Origin: Acidimicrobiia bacterium
GTDB taxonomy: Bacteria; Actinomycetota; Acidimicrobiia; Acidimicrobiales; Poriferisodalaceae
Length of the DNA stretch: 64,000 bases
Assembly (NCBI GenBank): GCA_022822525.1
Contig: JAJEBN010000048.1
Coordinates: forward strand, 2,493 to 66,492
Direction: 5' to 3'
The translations under genes and the position numbers were made by a program. The notes beneath the pieces are model-generated. The model saw only the letters and a program-made list of their open reading frames with translations, had not been told where the DNA came from and ran no database searches. Shown here in pieces: positions 20,522 through 28,544 of this stretch. Numbering within the stretch: position 1 is the first letter of the stretch; each line of letters starts with the position of its first letter.

Positions 20522-21505
20522 CTAGCCGCGGCGCACCACCACCTCGGCACCTGGCACCTCGGGTTCGTCGTCGACGATCTCGGCTGGGAAACCGGGCGCG
20601 GTGATCGTGCGGCCGGTGGCGTCCTCGAGTCGCCGGATGATGTTGGGCGACCATTCCCGCTCGCCGTAGCGGGCGGCGCCGTCGGCGAACACGTCGACCA
20701 GCACCGGCGACAGCTCGAGCGGGATGCCGTGCTCGGAGGCGATGCCGTCGAACAGGCCGATGTCCTTGCACACGAGGTCCATGGTGAAGTTGATGTCGCG
20801 CGAGCCGTTCAGGATGACTTGGCTCTCGGTCTCGTGCACGAACGAATTGCCCGAGCTGATGCGGATGGCCTCGTACGCAGTGGCCAGGTCCATGCCGGCT
20901 GCGTCGGAGGTGACCAGTGCCTCGCACAGCGAGACGAGGTTGGCCGTGGCCAGGTAGTTGGTCACGACCTTGAGGATCGATGCGGAGCCCAGCGGACCGG
21001 TGTGCAGGATCCGCCGTCCCATCGTGGTGAGCAGCGGCAGCATCGCCTCGAAGGCTGAGCGGTCGCCGCCGGCGAAGATGGCGATGTTGCCGGTGGCGGC
21101 CCGGTGGCACCCGCCCGATACCGGGCAGTCGATGGCGGTCCCGCCGGCGGCTTCCACCCGGGCGCCGAGCCGGCGCACCTCATGATGATCGGTGGTGCTC
21201 ATCTCGGCCCAGATTTTCGGGGTTGACGCCCGGCTCGCAGCGAGACCGGCCAGCACGCCATCGTCAGCTTCGAGCACTGCCGCAGAGGCAGCAGGAGAGG
21301 GCAGGCAAGTGATCACCACATCACAGCGCTCGGCCAGCTCCGCGCCCGACCCGACTGTCGACGCACCAGCATCCACAAACGGAGCCATCGCAGCCGGGTC
21401 CAGATCGCGCACCACCAGCTCAAACCCGTTGCGCAGCAGCGACCCCGCCAGCTTGCCGCCGACATTCCCCAACCCGACAAACCCGACCCGCCGAGAGTTC
21501 GCCAT
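20522..21505 (-). CDS. NAD(P)-dependent oxidoreductase, 3-hydroxyisobutyrate dehydrogenase family
   Basis: VGFVGLGNVGG Rossmann motif. The track ORF (to 21673) runs through the tRNA-Pro gene; ATG at 21505 (or 21520) is the plausible start. Confidence 0.8.
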   Translation of the reverse strand: MANSRRVGFVGLGNVGGKLAGSLLRNGFELVVRDLDPAAMAPFVDAGASTVGSGAELAERCDVVITCLPSPAASAAVLEADDGVLAGLAASRASTPKIWAEMSTTDHHEVRRLGARVEAAGGTAIDCPVSGGCHRAATGNIAIFAGGDRSAFEAMLPLLTTMGRRILHTGPLGSASILKVVTNYLATANLVSLCEALVTSDAAGMDLATAYEAIRISSGNSFVHETESQVILNGSRDINFTMDLVCKDIGLFDGIASEHGIPLELSPVLVDVFADGAARYGEREWSPNIIRRLEDATGRTITAPGFPAEIVDDEPEVPGAEVVVRRG

Positions 21506-21542
21506 CGCGCCGGTATCCATCAGAGCCGACCCCCCGTAACCA

Positions 21543-21567
21543 AAAGCGCAGGCAAGGCCTGCGCTTT
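21543..21567 (-). terminator. Intrinsic terminator downstream of tRNA-Pro
   Basis: 11-bp stem AAAGCGCAGGC/GCCTGCGCTTT with a 3-nt loop. On the minus strand the stem runs into TTTTGG. Confidence 0.6.
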
Positions 21568-21615
21568 CTGTTGTTGCGAGCGAGGGGCGAAGCCCTTCGA
21601 GCTCGCACTGTCCAG

Positions 21616-21689
<74 letters not shown>

Positions 21690-21788
21690 TTTGCGATCGG
21701 GTGGCTGATCGCTCCGGCCGAAGCTACCGGTCCTGTGCCTTGCTGCGCTACAGCAATTCTGCGCAGCGGGTCGGCGAGTGCCGCTGGG

Positions 21789-22166
21789 CTAGGTGGCCTG
21801 TGCGGTGTCGCGTTGCAGCAGCTCGTGTGCGGTGCGACGAAGCTGCAGCGGGTTCAGCGGCTTGACCAGCCACGCGTCGGCCTCTGAGCGCCGGGCCAGG
21901 AACTCGTCGGCCTCCCGGTCGACCAGCATCAGCACAGGCACCCGCGGCAGCCGGCCCATGCCCGATTCCAGCCGCAGATCCAAACAGGTGGCCATGCCGC
22001 CCATGTTGCCGATCTGGAAGTCCAGGATCACCAGGTCGGGCGTGCTGGCCTCCACCGCCGGCCGGACATCGTGTCCCGAGCGCACGACCCGGAACGTGAC
22101 GTCGCCGGTCGCGAGTGCCGCGGCTACTTCTTCGACCACCCAGTCGGCGTCGGTTGCCAGCAGCAT
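21789..22166 (-). CDS. Single-domain response regulator (receiver only)
   Basis: LLATDADW..., DLVILDFQIGNMGG and LVKP are receiver hallmarks. ATG at 22166 chosen over the longer track ORF (22352). Confidence 0.7.
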   Translation of the reverse strand: MLLATDADWVVEEVAAALATGDVTFRVVRSGHDVRPAVEASTPDLVILDFQIGNMGGMATCLDLRLESGMGRLPRVPVLMLVDREADEFLARRSEADAWLVKPLNPLQLRRTAHELLQRDTAQAT

Positions 22167-22371
22167 CTCGGTCACGGGCCGCAGGGTAGTAGCGCGAGCA
22201 CTGCCACCGGCCCGCGGGCGCGCCCGGCCCGAACCGCACCGCCCGGGGACGCTTCTAGAGTTCGGGCCGAGCGTCTCGCCAGAGGCGGAGCCGACAGGCG
22301 AAGCGTGGCCCGAGCGGCCCGTGAGCCCGTATCGAGCCGAATGAGGGAACACGAGCGGGAAGCAAGGGGCA

Positions 22372-23844
22372 ATGGGACGAACGGGAACACCCGTCCATGA
22401 GCGTCCGAAGGGATCTGGAGTGAACGCACGACGTACTCGCCGCCGGCTGTTGGCACGTCTCGCCGCAGGAGTGCTGCTGCTCGTGGCAATGGGAGGCCTC
22501 GTTGCGGGGCCTGCATCGGCGCACGACGAGATCGGTGGTCACCACGGTGAGAACGATGCCCCGGGAGCCCCCGCTGACGGCGCTCCCCGCCTGATCGTGG
22601 TGGTGGAGGTCAACGGGCTCATCGACCCGATCGTGGCGTCCTATATCCGGCGGCAGATCACCATCGCTGAGGGACGCCACGCGCTCGGCGTGGTGTTGCA
22701 CCTGGACAGTGCCGGATCCACGCTCGACGACGAAGCCCTCGTGCACCTGCTCGACAACGTGCAGCTCGCGCACCTGCCGGTGGGGGTCTGGGTCGGCCCG
22801 AGCGGGGCGCAGGCGCTCGGCGGGGCCGCGCACCTGGTCACGACAGCCGACTTCGCTGCGATCGCGCCGGGCGGCCGCATCGGCGAATTCACGGCGGTGC
22901 AGGGCCTCGTTCACGCCCATGGGCCCGATGCCGAGCGATTCCACCACCACGACGAGGACGGCCTGCACTCCGGCTCGAGCGTCCGCTTCTTTGATGCCGA
23001 GGTCGCGATGGGCGCCGGCCTCACGCACAGCACGGCACCCACGATCGGCGAGTTCATCTTCGCCCTGTCCGACGCCGGCTACCTGCCGCCGATCGGGCAG
23101 GAGGTCACCGGGGACGACGGTGTGGTGCGGCGCGCTCCTGCTCCCGACGTCGTCGTGTCGTTCGTGAGCTTGCCGCTGATTGACGGCCTGTTCCACACGG
23201 CCGCGAGCCCGGCGATCACCTACCTGCTGCTGCTCTCAGCGCTGTCGCTGCTGCTGCTCGATTTCTACACAGGAGGCATCGGCGTCGCGGCGGTGGTCGG
23301 GGCCGGCTCCGGGCTCTTGGCTGCGTTCGGACTCGGGACGCTCGACATCCGCCCGTGGGCGCTGGTGCTGGTCGTCGCGGCATTCGTGGCGTTCGCCGTC
23401 GACATCCAGGCGGGTATGCCGCGTTTTTGGACTGGGGTCGGAGGCGTCGTGCTGCTGGTCGGCTCGCTGGGGCTGTTCGGCGAGCATTCGATGAGCTGGA
23501 TCCCGCTGCTCGTCGGTCTTGTCGGAGTGGGCGTGTTCGTGCTGTCGGGCCTGCCGGCCCTGGTGCGCACTCGCTACGGAACCGCCACCGTCGGCCGGGA
23601 CTGGATGATCGGCGCCACCGGAACCGCCGTGACCGATGTCGATCCCGACGGCACGGTCGAGGTGCACGGCGCCCAATGGCGTGCCCGGGTCAACCGCCTG
23701 ACCCCGCTGGAGGCCGGCGAGACGCTGCGTGTCAGCGGGTTGAGCGGTGTGGTGCTGGAGGTGGAGCCGCTCGAAGGAGCCGCGGTGGACTACCGCGAGC
23801 TGCGCAAAAAACGGGGCAAAGCGACGGTTTCCGAAACCGAATGA
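22372..23844 (+). CDS. NfeD-family membrane-bound serine protease (ClpP-class domain, TM region, C-terminal OB fold)
   Basis: 490 aa; VVEVNGLIDPIVASYIRRQI, a multi-TM middle region, and C-terminal VEVHGAQWRARV...LRVSGLSGVVLEVEP. Confidence 0.8.
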   Translation: MGRTGTPVHERPKGSGVNARRTRRRLLARLAAGVLLLVAMGGLVAGPASAHDEIGGHHGENDAPGAPADGAPRLIVVVEVNGLIDPIVASYIRRQITIAEGRHALGVVLHLDSAGSTLDDEALVHLLDNVQLAHLPVGVWVGPSGAQALGGAAHLVTTADFAAIAPGGRIGEFTAVQGLVHAHGPDAERFHHHDEDGLHSGSSVRFFDAEVAMGAGLTHSTAPTIGEFIFALSDAGYLPPIGQEVTGDDGVVRRAPAPDVVVSFVSLPLIDGLFHTAASPAITYLLLLSALSLLLLDFYTGGIGVAAVVGAGSGLLAAFGLGTLDIRPWALVLVVAAFVAFAVDIQAGMPRFWTGVGGVVLLVGSLGLFGEHSMSWIPLLVGLVGVGVFVLSGLPALVRTRYGTATVGRDWMIGATGTAVTDVDPDGTVEVHGAQWRARVNRLTPLEAGETLRVSGLSGVVLEVEPLEGAAVDYRELRKKRGKATVSETE

Positions 23845-23859
23845 GGTTTCGTTTAACTC

Positions 23860-23888
23860 TTGTCAAGCGCTTTTTTGTCCTCTAGTGT
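23860..23888 (+). promoter_or_regulatory. Candidate sigma-70-type promoter of whiB (TTGTCA-17 nt-TAGTGT)
   Basis: Locally AT-rich; -35 at 23860-23865, a 17-nt spacer, and -10 at 23883-23888, 21 nt upstream of the ATG at 23910. Confidence 0.4.
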
Positions 23889-23909
23889 CCCCCCCGATAA
23901 GGGGGACAT

Positions 23910-24176
23910 ATGAGCGCTCTGCTAGTCGATGAGTGGCAGGACAAGGCAGCTTGTCGAGGACCTCAGGCGGCGGTTTTCTTCCCGCCACCCCGCACCGAGC
24001 GGCGTGACGAGAAGGCCGAGCGCGAGGCTCGTGCGAAGTCCATCTGCAACCAGTGCTCAGTGGTTGCCGACTGTCTGACGCATGCGTTGGACGTCGGCGA
24101 AGCCCACGGCATCTGGGGTGGGCGCAACGAGATCGAGCGCCGCAACCTGCTGCTCCTGCGCACAAACGGCAACTAG
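23910..24176 (+). CDS. WhiB-family transcriptional regulator
   Basis: 88 aa; four Cys (AACRG, CNQCSVVADC) and GIWGG. Confidence 0.9.
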   Translation: MSALLVDEWQDKAACRGPQAAVFFPPPRTERRDEKAEREARAKSICNQCSVVADCLTHALDVGEAHGIWGGRNEIERRNLLLLRTNGN

Positions 24177-24254
24177 CAACACCCTGCGCCCCGGCCGGCG
24201 CGGCTCACTGACGAGTGCGCTGCCTCACGCTGGCCTCCATCACTCAACGAGCGT

Positions 24255-25997
24255 TCACTCAGACTGCTGCGGCGGCTGTGACTGCTGCGGCAGCCGTGGC
24301 CCGCCTATGCGCAGGTCCCCCCGCCGGCGCGTCACCCCCGTCCGGTCCAGATAGCCCACCAGCGGCAACGCGTACTTGCGGGTCGTGCCGAGCGCTTCGC
24401 GGATCTCCGCCACGGTGACGCCGTCCGGCTGGCGGGCCAGCAGTGCCGCAACCTGGTTTGCGGCGGAGTCGATCGCCGCGGCGGCAAACCAGATGCCGTC
24501 TGCGTGAATCAGGTCTCCTCGGCGGGCCAGCGCCAGCAGCTCCTGCTGGGTGACGCCGCTCGGCTCGGGCGGCGCGAACGGCGTCGCCGCGAGCGCCGCG
24601 ATGACGGGATGATCGGCCAGGACATCGGCGGCATCAGCCTGCCGGGCACGTCCCGCATCGATCACGATCCCGTCCAGGGACTCGATTGCGAGGCGCTGGC
24701 GCTCGTCCAGCCCGGCCAGGTCCAACCCCAGCGGTCCGGCACCCGCGACCTGTTCTCGCAGGTCGTTGAGCAGCGCGTCCACCAATTCGGGCGGGGCAAC
24801 CCAATCGCCCATCACGGGTTCGAAGCGCTGCCCGGTGAGCCGCTCGAGCTGTGCCGCCTTCGCCCAGCCGCGCTCGGCCACCAGGCGCTCGGGGCGGGCG
24901 TCGGGCTTGGCGACTGAGGCTCGAAGCTGGGGATCGGGATCGAGCACGGTGCCGCCGCCGACGGTTTGTCCCCGGCCGAAGTCCCGCAGCACGAAGCGGT
25001 CTCCCATCACGAGCGGCAACGCGACCGGCAGGTGCAGCCGGGCGTAGCCGGTCTGCCCGGGGGCGATGCGCTCGGGCCCGAGCACGCGCAGCCGCACCGG
25101 CCACTCGCCCGACCCCAGGTACAGGGCGTAGGCGCCCCGCCGGGTCACATCGCTGCCGAGGCTGCTGAGCACGGTCAGCTCCACGTCCACGCTGCGGGTG
25201 TGATGCCATTGGTCGGATCGCACCAGGGCGATGCCGCGACCCAGGTCGCCGGCGTCGACACCGGTGAGATTGAGCGCCACCCGGTGCCCCGGGCCGATGC
25301 GCTCGACCGTCGTGCCCTGGGTCTGGATCGCCCGCACCCGGGCTGCGCGGCCGCCGGGCGCTGTGCGCAGCTCGTCGCCGGCGGCGATGGCACCGCCTGC
25401 CAGCGTGCCGGTCACGATCCGCCCCGCTCCGGTGGCGGCGAACGACCGGTCGATCCACAGGCGCGGCCGGTCCCGATCGGCCGCGGTGGGGGTGGCTGCG
25501 CACAGATCGTCGAGCGCAGCACGCAGCTCGTCCAGCCCGGTGCCATCGAGTGCGTCTGTTGCGACCACCGGTGCGTCAGCCAAGAACGTGCCCTCGACGT
25601 GGTCGGCAATGTCGAGACGGGCCAGCTCGGCGAGCTCGTCGTCGACCAGGCCGATCTGGCTGAGCACTACGACGCCGTGGGAGATGCCGAGCAGCTCCAG
25701 GATCGCCAGGTGCTCGGCCGATTGCGGCTTCCAGCCTTCGGGTGCCGCCACCACGAACAGCGAGGCATCCACCGCCCCGACGCCGGCCAGCATGTTCTTG
25801 ACGAAGCGAATGTGGCCGGGCACATCCACAAAGCTGACCTGCCGGCCCGACGGCAGCGTGCAGAACGCGAACCCGAGGTCGATGGTGAGGCCGCGTTCCT
25901 TCTCTTCGGCGAGCCGGTCCGGATCGGTGCCCGTGAGGGCGCGCACCAGCGTCGACTTGCCGTGGTCCACGTGACCTGCGGTGCCGACGATGTGCAC
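24255..25997 (-). CDS. selB: Selenocysteine-specific elongation factor SelB
   Basis: 580 aa; G domain GHVDHGKSTL and DVPGH, domains II-III, and a C-terminal winged-helix extension. GTG start. Confidence 0.9.
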   Translation of the reverse strand: MHIVGTAGHVDHGKSTLVRALTGTDPDRLAEEKERGLTIDLGFAFCTLPSGRQVSFVDVPGHIRFVKNMLAGVGAVDASLFVVAAPEGWKPQSAEHLAILELLGISHGVVVLSQIGLVDDELAELARLDIADHVEGTFLADAPVVATDALDGTGLDELRAALDDLCAATPTAADRDRPRLWIDRSFAATGAGRIVTGTLAGGAIAAGDELRTAPGGRAARVRAIQTQGTTVERIGPGHRVALNLTGVDAGDLGRGIALVRSDQWHHTRSVDVELTVLSSLGSDVTRRGAYALYLGSGEWPVRLRVLGPERIAPGQTGYARLHLPVALPLVMGDRFVLRDFGRGQTVGGGTVLDPDPQLRASVAKPDARPERLVAERGWAKAAQLERLTGQRFEPVMGDWVAPPELVDALLNDLREQVAGAGPLGLDLAGLDERQRLAIESLDGIVIDAGRARQADAADVLADHPVIAALAATPFAPPEPSGVTQQELLALARRGDLIHADGIWFAAAAIDSAANQVAALLARQPDGVTVAEIREALGTTRKYALPLVGYLDRTGVTRRRGDLRIGGPRLPQQSQPPQQSE

Positions 25998-26100
25998 GCT
26001 GCCAGCTTGCCCCGCCCGGACTGTCAGTGTCGAACCGCCCGGCCGTTGTCGTGGCAGCGGAATCTGCTTGTGTAGCGTGCTGGTGCGGCCGCAAGGTCGC

Positions 26101-26171
26101 TGGTGGAGCTAGCGGAATCGAACCGCCCGAGGCCAGATTTCAGGCCGGCTCGGCGCACCAGCGGTAGCCCC
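26101..26171 (-). ncRNA. Aberrant tRNA-like element with an Ala-type acceptor stem (not tRNA-Sec)
   Basis: GGGGCTACCGCTGGTGCGCCGAGCCGGCCTGAAATCTGGCCTCGGGCGGTTCGATTCCGCTAGCTCCACCA: 7-bp acceptor with G3:U70, A73 and encoded CCA; T arm GCGG-TTCGATT-CCGC; 3-bp D stem with a 4-nt loop; 9-bp bulged stem with an 8-nt loop. See finding. Confidence 0.55.
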
Positions 26172-26174
26172 ACG

Positions 26175-26202
26175 AGAGCCGCACTTTTCGGGGTGCGGCT
26201 CT
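26175..26202 (-). other. 10-bp perfect hairpin between selA and the tRNA-like element
   Basis: agagccgcac-ttttcggg-gtgcggctct. There is no U tract on the sense (minus) strand, so it is not a classical terminator. Confidence 0.5.
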
Positions 26203-26296
26203 TGTCACGCTGGCAGACGAAACGTACGTGACTTTCATGGATTTCTGATCTCGCGCAGGAGCGCGTCGAGGCGGCCTGCGAGTCAGAATCCGTGCC

Positions 26297-27583
26297 TCAG
26301 GACTGACCCTCGAGCGCGTCGCGCACTGCAGCCGCCACCACGGTGTCGTCGGCGGGATCGACCGTGCGCAGGTCGAGCACGGTGGTCTGCTCGTTGACTC
26401 GGGCGATCACCGGCGGATCGAACGCTCGCAGTGCAGCCGCGTAGTCGCCGTCGAGCTCGATGCCGGCCGACGGGATTTCCTGGCCGGGCAGCGACCCGGC
26501 ACCCGCCAGCGCCGTCGTGCGCGACGGCCGGCCCACGCCCAGCGCCTCGGCACGCTCGGCCAGCTCGTCGACCGGCACCCTGGCCATGCGCCAGAACGGG
26601 ATGGCGTCGGCGTCGCGGCGCAGGTACGCCATCGCCACCGACTGCAGTGCGTCCAGCACCAGCGAGCCGGGCCGGAATGCCCGCATCAGCGGATGCGCTG
26701 CGCAGGCGGCTACCAGGTCGGCCGTGCCGCAGATGATCCCGGCTTGGGGGCCGCCCATCAGCTTGTCGCCCGAGAAGGTGACGAGCGCCGCGCCCGCCGC
26801 GAGCGTCTGGCGGGCGCCGGGTTCGCCGGTCAGCCATCCGGGTCGCTCGCCCAGCCACGGGCAGCGCTCGTCCAGCAGGCCCGAGCCGAGGTCGGAGACG
26901 ACCGGCGGCCCGATCTTCGCGAGCTCTGTCACCGCGGCTTCTTCGGTGAAGCCGGTGATGCGGTAGTTGGAGGGGTGCACCTTGAGCAGCAGTGCGATGT
27001 CGTCCCGCTCGGCCGCCGCGAGGTAGTCGGCCGCCCGGGTGCGATTCGTGGTGCCCACCTCGACCAGGCGGGCGCCCGATTGCTCCATCACCTCGGGTAC
27101 CCGGAAGCCGCCGCCGATCTCCACCAGCTCGCCGCGTGACACCGCCACGCCGCGGCCGCGTGCCAGCGCAGCCAGCACCAGCGTCACCGCAGCGGCGCAG
27201 TTGTTGACCACCAGCGCGGCCTCTGCGCCGGTGAGCGTTGCCAGCAGCAGCGAGGCATGCGCGGCGCGCGAGCCGCGCCGGCCCGATGCCAGGTCGAACT
27301 CCAGATTGCTGAAGCGCACCGGATGGTCGTCAAGATCTGGCCCAAGCGCCGATCTGCTGTGCTGGTTTCCCAGCGGCGCTCGGCCCAGGTTCGTGTGCAG
27401 CAGCACGCCGGTGGCGTTGACAGCGGGACCCAGCAGGCTCCGCCGCAGCCGCTGCGCCTCGCTGGCCGCCGAGTCGGGATCGCCGGCGGCGATGGCCGCA
27501 CGGGCGGCAATCACCAGCAGCGGGTGCGGAAGGCCGGTGTCGGCGATGCTCAGCGCCAGGTCGTTCACCGACGGCGGCCTCAT
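26297..27583 (-). CDS. selA: L-seryl-tRNA(Sec) selenium transferase SelA
   Basis: 428 aa from the ATG at 27583; VNATGVLLHTNLGRAPL and the PLP-lysine motif FSGDKLMGGPQAG. The first 236 codons of track ORF 26297..28291 are antisense to the Nudix gene and are rejected. Confidence 0.9.
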   Translation of the reverse strand: MRPPSVNDLALSIADTGLPHPLLVIAARAAIAAGDPDSAASEAQRLRRSLLGPAVNATGVLLHTNLGRAPLGNQHSRSALGPDLDDHPVRFSNLEFDLASGRRGSRAAHASLLLATLTGAEAALVVNNCAAAVTLVLAALARGRGVAVSRGELVEIGGGFRVPEVMEQSGARLVEVGTTNRTRAADYLAAAERDDIALLLKVHPSNYRITGFTEEAAVTELAKIGPPVVSDLGSGLLDERCPWLGERPGWLTGEPGARQTLAAGAALVTFSGDKLMGGPQAGIICGTADLVAACAAHPLMRAFRPGSLVLDALQSVAMAYLRRDADAIPFWRMARVPVDELAERAEALGVGRPSRTTALAGAGSLPGQEIPSAGIELDGDYAAALRAFDPPVIARVNEQTTVLDLRTVDPADDTVVAAAVRDALEGQS

Positions 27584-27673
27584 CGTCGGGACACTACCGG
27601 CGCCCCTGCGAGCCGATGCGGCGAGGCGAGGGTCGGTAGCGTCCCTGTGGCCTTGCCGACGACGGGAGACCCT

Positions 27674-28522
27674 GTGAGTGATGCCGACGTGCCCGCCGAC
27701 GTGCCGATGCGGCAGGCGGCGACCGTGATGCTGGTGCGCGATGGCAGCAACGGGCTCGAGGTGTTCATGCTGCGCCGCAACCCGCGCAGCGAGTTCGTGC
27801 CCGGCCAATTCGTCTTCCCCGGCGGAGCCGTCGACGCCGAAGACCGGGAAGATCCGGGACTCGAATCTGTCTGCGTCGGTCTCGATGACGCGACGGCCTC
27901 TGAGCGGATCGGCGTCGATCACGGCGGCCTCGCCTACTGGGTGGCCGCGGTGCGCGAGTGCTTCGAAGAAGCCGGAGTGCTGCTGGCGCGCGACGGCGAC
28001 GAGCACGTGTCGTTCGATGAGCCCGCGGCAGCCGCCAGGTACAGCGGTCTGCGCCGCAGGGTCCACAGCGGCGAGCTCCGCCTCGCCCAGATGTGCCTCG
28101 ACGAAGGACTCTCGCTGGAGCTTGACGACCTGCGCTACGTGAGCCACTGGATCACGCCGGTCGGCCCGACGCGCCGGTTCGACACCCGATTCTTCATCGC
28201 CCATGTGCCCGAAGGGCAGGAACCGCTGCACGACGGCAGCGAGACCGTCGAGAGCACCTGGATCCGGCCCGCCGACGCCTTCGCCCAGCACGCCGAGGGC
28301 CGCTTCATGATGATCTTCCCCACCCTCAAGAACCTCGAACCGCTGCTCGAGGCCGGCACCGTGGCGGAGTTGATGGCCTGGGCTGACGGTCTGGAGGACG
28401 TCCCGGCCATCCTGCCTGCGATTGCGGTGCGCCCCGACGGCGAGGTCCTCACCCTGCTGCCAGAAGACGAGGGCTACGCAGAAGCCTTGGCCAACCCGCC
28501 GCCGCCGAACTCGATGCGCTAG
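27674..28522 (+). CDS. NUDIX hydrolase
   Basis: Nudix box GGAVD...AAVRECFEEAGVLL. GTG at 27674 or ATG at 27707; divergent from selA. Confidence 0.8.
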   Translation: MSDADVPADVPMRQAATVMLVRDGSNGLEVFMLRRNPRSEFVPGQFVFPGGAVDAEDREDPGLESVCVGLDDATASERIGVDHGGLAYWVAAVRECFEEAGVLLARDGDEHVSFDEPAAAARYSGLRRRVHSGELRLAQMCLDEGLSLELDDLRYVSHWITPVGPTRRFDTRFFIAHVPEGQEPLHDGSETVESTWIRPADAFAQHAEGRFMMIFPTLKNLEPLLEAGTVAELMAWADGLEDVPAILPAIAVRPDGEVLTLLPEDEGYAEALANPPPPNSMR

Positions 28523-28544
28523 GCGCGCCCCGCCGGTCCGGCGG

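Noticed and set aside
23887-23907. Hairpin GTCCCCC-n7-GGGGGAC sequestering the whiB Shine-Dalgarno (RNA thermometer or riboswitch idea)
   Set aside because: The best promoter candidate (-10 at 23883-23888) would start transcription inside the 5' arm, so the hairpin would not exist in the mRNA. It also has no U tract to serve as the nfeD terminator. I kept it only as a note.
26101-26171. Calling the selA-selB intergenic tRNA-like element tRNA-Sec (selC)
   Set aside because: There is no UCA anticodon on the strand that carries the T arm and CCA. It is only 71 nt long, has no long variable arm, and its acceptor is Ala-type (G3:U70, A73). The plus strand does contain TTTCAGG, but reading that strand turns two G:U pairs into A:C mismatches and destroys the T loop. 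A canonical tRNA-Sec is present at 40167-40262.
27584-28291. N-terminal 236-codon extension of SelA (track ORF 26297..28291, 664 aa)
   Set aside because: The extension is antisense to a well-supported Nudix gene, has non-protein-like composition, and SelA family similarity begins at the ATG at 27583.
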